DNA from: Planctopirus limnophila DSM 3776
GTDB taxonomy: Bacteria; Planctomycetota; Planctomycetia; Planctomycetales; Planctomycetaceae
Length of the DNA: 32,000 bases
NCBI RefSeq assembly: GCF_000092105.1
Contig: NC_014148.1
Location: 4,500,001-4,532,000, forward strand
Direction of reading: 5' to 3'
Position 1 is the first letter of the stretch. The number at the start of each line of letters is the position of its first letter. The notes under the pieces are model-generated. The model had not been told where the DNA came from, did no database searches, and saw only the letters and a program-made list of their open reading frames with translations. Of the stretch, positions 25,460-32,000 are shown in pieces. The position numbers and the translations under genes were made by a program.

Positions 25460-26980
25460 ATGCGTCATGAATTGATGACCCGCCAGCCCGTAAATCATCG
25501 AGAAGACCGGGGTGGGCATCGAATTTCCTGGTTCCTGTGTCACCTGGCGATCAGTCTATCGCTGTGTCTCTGGCAGGTTGACTCGATCACAAAAGTGATG
25601 GCAGCCGAGGCTCGGCCTGAAAAACCGAATGTCGTCATTATTAACTGCGATGACCTGGGTTATGCCGATGTGGGGGCGTTTGGTGCTACGATCTGCAAGA
25701 CGCCTGAGATTGACAGGATGGCGAGAGAAGGGGTGAAAGCCACTTCGTTTTACGTGGCGCAAGCGGTTTGCTCGGCTTCTCGCACAGCCCTGCTCACAGG
25801 CTGCCTTCCGAATCGTATCGGAATTCTCGGGGCGCTGAGTCATGTTTCGAAGAACGGCATCGCCGACAGCGAAGTGACTCTGGGCGAACTCTTTCAGTCA
25901 CAAGGCTATTCCACCGCCATGTATGGCAAATGGCACCTGGGCTATCAGGCTCAGTTCCTGCCGGGTCACCATGGATTTGGTGAAGCCTTGGGGATTCCTT
26001 ACTCGAACGATATGTGGTCGAAGAACCCTTATGGCAAGTTCCCGCCCTTGCCTCTTTTCCGTCAAAAAGGGGATTCACCCGCTGAGATCATTGGCCATGA
26101 CACCGATCAATCCCGCTTCACGACTGACTTCACGATGGCAGCCGTTTCCTTTATCGACCGGCACGCCGACAAACCCTTCTTCATCTATCTGGCTCACCCC
26201 ATGCCCCATACGCCGATCTTTGTCAGCGAAGAGCGCAACAGCGGTGAGAGAGCCCAACTTTACCGAGATGTCATCGGCGAGATTGACTGGTCGGTCGGAA
26301 CCATTCGGCAGACACTCGAAAAGCATCAACTCACTCGCAAAACACTGGTGATTTTTACTTCTGATAATGGCCCGTGGCTGGTTTTTGGAAATCATGCCGG
26401 CAGCACAGGGCCGCTCCGCGAAGGGAAAGGAACAATGTGGGATGGTGGTGCCCGCGTTCCGTTTGTGGCCTGCTGGCCCGGTGTCATTCCGCCCGATACG
26501 ACGGTCGATCTTCCCATGGCCACCTACGACCTCTTTCCCACCTTTGCCAAAATGCTCGGTGCTAAACTTCCTGATCATCCCATTGATGGCGTCGATATCT
26601 GGCCTCAGTTAACCAGTGCCTCGAAAGCTCAACCCCACCAGGCGCTATGGTTCTACTATGGCCGCGATCTGATTGCTGTGCGTTCGGGCCCATGGAAGCT
26701 CGTCTTCCCGCACACTTACGTCCATCCCGTCGAACGGGGAAACGACGGCCAGCGCGGTAAGCTCGTCAACCGGAAGTTCACGGAGCTGGCACTTTACAAT
26801 CTGGATTCTGATATTGGCGAAACGACGAATCTGGCCAGCCAGCACCCTGAAATCGTCAAGCAGTTGGAGGCCTATGCTGAGGTCGCCCGTAATGAACTGG
26901 GTGACGCTTTGACCAATCGCAAAGGTAGCGGAGTCCGCCCTCCCGGCACAGTCAACGATTCCCCAGCACTCGGAAACTAA
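25460..26980 (+). CDS. Sulfatase (arylsulfatase A family) with signal peptide
   Basis: PNVVIINCDDLGYADVG and the formylglycine motif CSASRTALLTG (Ala where Pro is usual), plus GKWHLG and TSDNGP. I prefer the ATG at 25460 (MRHELM...) over the ORF-track start at 25286, which overlaps the divergent HDAC gene. Confidence 0.9.
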   Translation: MRHELMTRQPVNHREDRGGHRISWFLCHLAISLSLCLWQVDSITKVMAAEARPEKPNVVIINCDDLGYADVGAFGATICKTPEIDRMAREGVKATSFYVAQAVCSASRTALLTGCLPNRIGILGALSHVSKNGIADSEVTLGELFQSQGYSTAMYGKWHLGYQAQFLPGHHGFGEALGIPYSNDMWSKNPYGKFPPLPLFRQKGDSPAEIIGHDTDQSRFTTDFTMAAVSFIDRHADKPFFIYLAHPMPHTPIFVSEERNSGERAQLYRDVIGEIDWSVGTIRQTLEKHQLTRKTLVIFTSDNGPWLVFGNHAGSTGPLREGKGTMWDGGARVPFVACWPGVIPPDTTVDLPMATYDLFPTFAKMLGAKLPDHPIDGVDIWPQLTSASKAQPHQALWFYYGRDLIAVRSGPWKLVFPHTYVHPVERGNDGQRGKLVNRKFTELALYNLDSDIGETTNLASQHPEIVKQLEAYAEVARNELGDALTNRKGSGVRPPGTVNDSPALGN

Positions 26981-27080
26981 TTCGCTTCCATCTTGAACCT
27001 TCGCCCGCGTCTGCGTGGGAGAGAGTGGCACGGAGTGCTGGGTGAGGGTCTTTCCCAAGCAATGTGCAACAGTCATCACG

Positions 27081-27220
27081 GCTTCCGCCGGGGCGCTGAT
27101 TGACTGTCATCCGCCAGAGATCAGGAGCATGCTGCGATGAGACCGGTAGCGGATTGCTCGCCAAATACGTCCCAGCTCCCCTCATCCCGGCCTTCTCCCG
27201 TTGGAACGGGAGAAGGAGCA
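27081..27220 (+). repeat. Family-2 element, copy b
   Basis: GCTTCCGCCGGGGCGCTGATTGACTG ... GGATTGCTCGCCAAATACGTCCCAGCTCCCCTCATCCCGG-CCTTCTCCCGT-tgga-ACGGGAGAAGG (hairpin 27191-27216). Confidence 0.75.
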
Positions 27221-27278
27221 AAGAACCCTCGCCAGATTGATCACGAGGCCCACTTAACACTTACTCGATTCAGGCAAA

Positions 27279-27932
27279 TCACTCATTCAACTCAGCCTGC
27301 AAGTGGAACTGGGCGGCGGCTGGCAATGGCACAGTTGCCCTGGCAGCATGAACCCCGGACAAGGTGTCTGACGACAGGACCGGGGCGACCAGAAAATCTT
27401 CCATCGAGAAACGAACTTCCCGATAGGCCGCCGCCGGGGCCCATAGCGTCTCCCAGCGGGACGAGCGCACTTTCACCTGCCGCTCGTAATCTTCCATCCA
27501 GACGCCATGAAAAATGTAGTCACGACCTTGATGCGTAAAGCAGGGTTCACTGGCCAGATTCGGCTCGCCAACCGCTTCATGCGAGGAAGTGGTGGCCAGT
27601 CGCTGCAGTGCAGGTGTTCTCTCAGTCACATCGTAGGCGAAGACCATCACGGCCCGAAAACTTTTCCCAAAGACTTCTTCCCACCGCCTCAGGCTGATCA
27701 GATCGTCGGCAGTCACCCAGTTCTCTGAGAGCTGGCTGGTGCGCGCTTTGCGACCTTTAACTTCGACCAGCAGGTTCTGGCCCCGCGCACCATACACGAT
27801 GTAATCCATCGATTTCAGACTGGCCTGTGCCAGCAGCGCCCGGCGGGTTTCATCGACCGCAATGTACGGAATCCCTCTGTCTCTCAAGTACATCTCGAAC
27901 GACAGATCGTAATGATTCCAGCGACGAGCCAT
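27279..27932 (-). CDS. HYExAFE-like protein with an apparent PD-(D/E)xK nuclease-fold core
   Basis: The N-terminal NHYDLSFEMYLR resembles the HYExAFE family motif I recall from planctomycetal annotations. VDE ... MDYIVY ... LLVEVKGRK fits E / D / ExK spacing. I prefer the ATG at 27932. The ORF-track start at 27938 is a TTG. Confidence 0.8.
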   Translation of the reverse strand: MARRWNHYDLSFEMYLRDRGIPYIAVDETRRALLAQASLKSMDYIVYGARGQNLLVEVKGRKARTSQLSENWVTADDLISLRRWEEVFGKSFRAVMVFAYDVTERTPALQRLATTSSHEAVGEPNLASEPCFTHQGRDYIFHGVWMEDYERQVKVRSSRWETLWAPAAAYREVRFSMEDFLVAPVLSSDTLSGVHAARATVPLPAAAQFHLQAELNE

Positions 27933-28000
27933 AACCAATCCACTTGCCCGGAAAAACTGAAAGCTGAGACCTTATTGGCAACCCGTTCGAGGCCGTTGAA

Positions 28001-28498
28001 TCACTTCGGATCAAGATCGTCGGGAGTCACCAGTTGGACCAGTTTCCCACGCACAGCCAGCGTCATTTCCGGCCATTCCGAAATCGGAAGTTCCACGACA
28101 GCCAGCGTACAGGTGGGGACCGCCCGGCCCGTTCCTGTCAGTCGGGTGAGGTACTCCTGCAACCCTTCATTATGCCCCACAACCAGCAGCAGTTCGCAAT
28201 CGGAAGGTGCTTCCTGCAGGAGTGGCGGATAATCCGTTTCGTGGCACATGTAGAGCCGGCGTCGGATCATCACTAAAGGAGAATGTCCAAAGGCACTCCC
28301 CACCAGCCGCAATGTATCGACTGTGCGGCGTGAACTGCTCGACATGATGAAGTGCGGGATCAGACCCTGACGGACAATCCACTCTCCCAAGCGGGTCGCG
28401 TCTTCGCAGCCACGCGGTGCCAGAGCACGTTCATGGTCGAGTCCGCTGGCATCTTCAGCGACGGCTTTTGCATGTCGTAACAGGAGCAGTCTTTTCAT
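28001..28498 (-). CDS. sixA: Phosphohistidine phosphatase SixA-like (histidine phosphatase superfamily)
   Basis: LLLLRHAKA catalytic RH motif, SSSRRTVDT and VVGHNEG blocks. The ~165 aa size is typical of SixA. Confidence 0.85.
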   Translation of the reverse strand: MKRLLLLRHAKAVAEDASGLDHERALAPRGCEDATRLGEWIVRQGLIPHFIMSSSSRRTVDTLRLVGSAFGHSPLVMIRRRLYMCHETDYPPLLQEAPSDCELLLVVGHNEGLQEYLTRLTGTGRAVPTCTLAVVELPISEWPEMTLAVRGKLVQLVTPDDLDPK

Positions 28499-28685
28499 GG
28501 TCTCCTCCTCAGCCGAATGGCAGCCGCGAACGGGTTCGAGTGGATTGAGTCGTTACATTATCGACCGCGAATTATCTTGCCGCATTTCCAGATCGTGCAC
28601 CAGCACATTATTCGAATGCAGCGAAGAACCTGCCCGCAAGGATCGCCAGGATTCTTCAGGTTCTAAAATCCTGACTCTTAAGTGT

Positions 28686-30020
28686 TCACGATTCCCGGGT
28701 GATGTCCCAGATCAGGCTGGTGAGTTGATCACGACGGACAAAACTGCGCAGCCGCGATTTGACACTGCGCATCCCTAAAGCCTGTGAATAGCCATGATTA
28801 TGATCGACGCGTGCGAGAGCCGCTTCCAGATCGACGGCTTGAATCGAGCAGGGTTCGGAGGTGATGTCTGGCCCGGCGTTTTGCCGCCTGGCCTGAGTTT
28901 GCCAGCGGGCCAGAGCATGCCAGCGGGCCAGCCAGATCGTCACAGGAATTGTCAGCAACAGGCTCCAGAACCCTTCGATGACTGGTTCGTGATAATAAGC
29001 CGGCCCGAAGAAGGCCCGGCTCTGCAGCTTGGTGACCACGTATCTCGTCAGCAGTTCGTCGGCGGCGGGAGTCTTCCAGGGTAATGCCTGTTCGACATCT
29101 CGAATGGGAATTCCCTTCCAGTCAGTCGCCAGATCAGGCAGGCGACCTCTGCGAAAGGTGTAAACCAGAATGTCCTGCAGCAGTTTCCAGCGACCAGCCC
29201 AGCCCTTCGACTGGTCCACAATGGTATCTTCGCGCGTGTAGTAGGCCACCAGTTGCGTAAAGCCCACCAGCGTCAAACGATCAGCCGGAGCGACCATGAC
29301 CGTCTGTTCGTCCGGGAGCAACTGAGCCACTGTTTCACGAACCACGCGGATCGTCTCCCGCAATTGAGCGACAGTCAGATCGGTCAGATTGGTCGTTGAA
29401 ATCAGCTCCGTCCATGCCGCCATGCGAACCAGGCGCAAACGCAGAGGGACGTCGCGTTGCTGCAGTTCGTCCAGCAGCGCAGCGATCAGCACATCGACCA
29501 ATGGCCAGGCTCCAGGTGAGCGATCGGAAAGCCTGGGTGCAGGGATCTCCTCGGGCCAATCGGCGATCGTCTCCTGGGCCAGTTGCTTGAGATCATCCTG
29601 TTGAGACACTAGATCACGACCGGCATTGCGAATGACAGAAGGACAACTGTAGCGCAAGCCGACGACCAGCCCTTTCCCTGTCGGATGAAACACATACGGA
29701 TAGAGCCGGCAGGGTAAAGGCTTGGCGGGTTCTCCAAATTTCGCATGGATCCGGCAGAGACCTTCATCCGTCAAAAACACACACGCGCCATCGGCTCGCT
29801 GCGATAATCGGTAACGTCCTTCGGAAGTTCGACCCAGAGGAACATAAGGAGGCAAGCCTTCCGGAAGTTCGGCTGCATTCCAGCCCTGGCTGTCAATGCG
29901 CTGGCGCTCAGCTTCCGTGATTTCAATGAGATGTTTTTTGCAGCAGCCGCCGCAATTGTGGCAGCTCCAGTTCTGCAGGAGAGGCAGTTCCAGAAGTCGA
30001 GCATTCGGTCGCTTGGCCAT
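28686..30020 (-). CDS. YkgJ-family Cys-cluster protein with a long C-terminal extension (FliB-like architecture)
   Basis: N-terminal CHNCGGCC cluster, then GACVFL...GLCRIH...PLPCRLYPY, typical of the YkgJ/UPF0153 zinc/iron-chelating domain. About 330 further residues have no motif I recognise. Confidence 0.85.
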   Translation of the reverse strand: MAKRPNARLLELPLLQNWSCHNCGGCCKKHLIEITEAERQRIDSQGWNAAELPEGLPPYVPLGRTSEGRYRLSQRADGACVFLTDEGLCRIHAKFGEPAKPLPCRLYPYVFHPTGKGLVVGLRYSCPSVIRNAGRDLVSQQDDLKQLAQETIADWPEEIPAPRLSDRSPGAWPLVDVLIAALLDELQQRDVPLRLRLVRMAAWTELISTTNLTDLTVAQLRETIRVVRETVAQLLPDEQTVMVAPADRLTLVGFTQLVAYYTREDTIVDQSKGWAGRWKLLQDILVYTFRRGRLPDLATDWKGIPIRDVEQALPWKTPAADELLTRYVVTKLQSRAFFGPAYYHEPVIEGFWSLLLTIPVTIWLARWHALARWQTQARRQNAGPDITSEPCSIQAVDLEAALARVDHNHGYSQALGMRSVKSRLRSFVRRDQLTSLIWDITRES

Positions 30021-30222
30021 CAGAGAAAACCATTCCAGTGGCGTCAGATCATGCCGCCGATTATTCTGCGCAAGGATTTATTGATATGTTCTCACGAACA
30101 GCGTTCTTAAAGCATACCGACTGGCCCGATCTCCGGGATGATCGAACTGCAGAAAGCCATCGCGACTTTGTCCAGTCCACGGTCTGAAGCTGTGGCTGCT
30201 TTCGGATTCAAGGATTTTCTCC

Positions 30223-31527
30223 ATGCGACGTCCATTGATTGATCTGCGGTTTTTTGAGGCGGGACTGTTTTTGAGCCGCGGGCTGCTGGCTTTGTGGGTG
30301 CTGGCGATTGGGCTATTGTCCACGAGTCAGGCGCAGCACAACTGGCCCCAGTTTCTCGGGCCGGAAGGAAATGCTTATGCTCAGAGTACGAAACTTCCCG
30401 TCACGATCGGCGAGGAGAACATCTTCTGGCAAACCGCCATTCATGGAAAAGGCTGGTCTTCGCCCGTCATCTGGAACAATGACCTGTGGATGACGACGGC
30501 GACTCCCGATGGACACAAGCTCTCGGTGATTTGCGTTGATAAGCCCTCGGGAAAGATTGTGCTCGACAAGCTGTTGTTCGAAGTCGAGAAGCCCAGCGAA
30601 ATCCACGATTTCAACAGCTACGCCTCACCCACGCCCGTCTTGGAAGACGGGAAGGCGTGGATCAGTTTTGGCAGCTATGGCACGGCCTGCCTGGCGGGCC
30701 GCTCGGGTGAAGTGCTCTGGCAAAGGCGTGATCTCCCTTGCGAGCATTTTCGTGGCCCGGGAAGTTCGCCCATCCTTTTCGAGAATTTGTTGATTCTGCA
30801 CATGGACGGCTTTGATTTTCAGTATGTGGTAGCTCTCGACAAGGAAACAGGCCAGACCGTCTGGAAAGTCGATCGTCAGGTCGAATATGGCTCTGAAAAT
30901 GGCGACTTCAAGAAAGCCTTCTGTACTCCCACCATCATTCAGGTCAACGGGCAACCACAACTGATCAGCCCCACATCCAAGGCGAGTCTGGCCCTGGATC
31001 CGCGGACGGGGAAAGAGCTCTGGCGGATTCGCTTTAAGGAATTCTCAGCCACTGTCAGGCCGGTCTACGGGAATGGTCTGGTCTTTATCAATACCGGCTT
31101 CGGGAAGGCAGCCCTGCATGCTGTCGATCCGACAGGAACAGGCGATGTGACCGAAACCCACGTTCGCTGGAGTGCTGCCAAAGGCATCCCTTCCAAGCCC
31201 ACGCATGTGCTGGTCGACGATCTGCTCTTTATGGTGCACGATGGTGGTGCCGCCACCTGCTTCGAAGCCACCACTGGCAAACAGCTCTGGCAGGAGCGGC
31301 TCGGTGGCAACTATACCGCCACACCACTCTATGCGGATGGAAAACTCTGGTTCTTCAGCCAGGAGGGAAAGATCAAGGTGCTCAAGGCGTCTCGTGAGTT
31401 TGAAGAACTGGGAGAAAGCCAGCTGGGCGACGGCTTTATGGCATCGCCCGCAGTCAGTGATGACCTGATGTATCTCCGCTCGCGAACGAACCTCTATCAG
31501 GTCGGCAGGAAACCCTCGGCCAATTGA
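30223..31527 (+). CDS. PQQ-like (BamB-like) beta-propeller repeat protein, secreted
   Basis: Signal/TM is LLALWVLAIGLLSTSQA, followed by NWPQFLGPEGNA and repeated W-containing blades (GWSSPVIWNNDLW, GEVLWQ, GQTVWK, GKELWR, GKQLWQ). Confidence 0.9.
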   Translation: MRRPLIDLRFFEAGLFLSRGLLALWVLAIGLLSTSQAQHNWPQFLGPEGNAYAQSTKLPVTIGEENIFWQTAIHGKGWSSPVIWNNDLWMTTATPDGHKLSVICVDKPSGKIVLDKLLFEVEKPSEIHDFNSYASPTPVLEDGKAWISFGSYGTACLAGRSGEVLWQRRDLPCEHFRGPGSSPILFENLLILHMDGFDFQYVVALDKETGQTVWKVDRQVEYGSENGDFKKAFCTPTIIQVNGQPQLISPTSKASLALDPRTGKELWRIRFKEFSATVRPVYGNGLVFINTGFGKAALHAVDPTGTGDVTETHVRWSAAKGIPSKPTHVLVDDLLFMVHDGGAATCFEATTGKQLWQERLGGNYTATPLYADGKLWFFSQEGKIKVLKASREFEELGESQLGDGFMASPAVSDDLMYLRSRTNLYQVGRKPSAN

Positions 31528-31617
31528 GAGAGTGCCTTGCAGTGAATCCGTTGAAGAGAGTCAGGGCGAAGGTGAAAAGGGTTGAAGGTCGGAAGGGGAA
31601 GAAGGCCAGAGAGCAGG

Positions 31618-31757
31618 GCTGCCGCAGGAGCGCTGATTGACTCACAGTGGCGAGAGGCCAAGAGTGTACTGCGATGAAGCCGGTTGTGGATTGCTCGCCC
31701 AATACGTTCGAGTTCCCCTCATCCCGGCCTTCTCCCGTCGGAACGGGAGAAGGAGTA
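31618..31757 (+). repeat. Family-2 element, copy c
   Basis: GCTGCCGCAGGAGCGCTGATTGACTC ... GGATTGCTCGCCCAATACGTTCGAGTTCCCCTCATCCCGG-CCTTCTCCCGT-cgga-ACGGGAGAAGG (hairpin 31728-31753). Confidence 0.75.
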
Positions 31758-31806
31758 AAAGCCTTTGCTTGCAGCAGAGCTGCTTGCATCTCTGAAGTGG
31801 TGACTT

Positions 31807-32000
31807 TTACGGAATCATGTAGATAAAGCCCACCACGGCTCCGGCCTGCACAGCGGCGGCGTGAGCATTCCAGGGGATTTGATAGGTGAGCCGGGGTGCC
31901 ACTTCGCCAGGTCGGTAATAGCCGAGAGCATACTGCTTGGATGCTGGGGGATGAATGACCGCCTGATAAGGGAAGCCAATCAGCTGAACACCGAATTTCC
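31807..32000 (-). CDS. 3' end of a gene whose start lies beyond the window (hypothetical)
   Basis: Not in the ORF track because it has no in-window start. My hand translation of the minus strand is open from the window edge to TAA (31807-31809): ...KFGVQLIGFPYQAVIHPPASKQYALGYYRPGEVAPRLTYQIPWNAHAAAVQAGAVVGFIYMIP*. It is convergent with the upstream gene. Confidence 0.4.
   Translation of the reverse strand, partial: KFGVQLIGFPYQAVIHPPASKQYALGYYRPGEVAPRLTYQIPWNAHAAAVQAGAVVGFIYMIP

Noticed and set aside
926-31757. Whether the dispersed repeats could be a CRISPR array.
   Set aside because: The copies are kilobases apart, not regularly spaced, far longer than CRISPR repeats, and in mixed orientation. 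No cas genes are present.

Overview
This looks like a chromosomal segment from a Planctomycetota-type genome. The pointers are a DUF1559 prepilin-like protein with its small lipoprotein partner, a HYExAFE-like protein, a sulfatase, a PQQ-like beta-propeller and a giant TolC-like protein. I support about 24 protein genes. Recognisable ones are a MarR / TolC-like / HlyD-like / ABC-ATPase efflux operon, glnS, paiB, glgP-type alpha-glucan phosphorylase, a rhodanese, a DapA-like aldolase, a Nudix hydrolase, sodA, a GlcF-like Fe-S protein, an ECF sigma factor, an HDAC-family deacetylase, a sulfatase, SixA and a YkgJ/FliB-like Cys-cluster protein. By eye I found no rRNA, tRNA, CRISPR array, transposase or integrase. 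The least explained parts are: (1) an AT-richer three-gene cassette of unrecognisable proteins between glnS and paiB; (2) three families of dispersed non-coding repeats in the intergenic gaps (a roughly 160-nt MITE-like element with terminal inverted repeats, a roughly 140-nt element ending in a perfect 11-bp hairpin, and a short CATGCTTGC/GCAAGCATG palindrome), including one composite insertion flanked by 22-bp direct repeats that splits an intrinsic terminator; (3) an efflux operon with an oversized outer-membrane protein, a 401-nt out-of-frame gene overlap and no permease gene; (4) a co-directional YkgJ-like / SixA / PD-(D/E)xK-like (HYExAFE) cluster. All functional calls come from motif recognition by eye, because no searches could be run.
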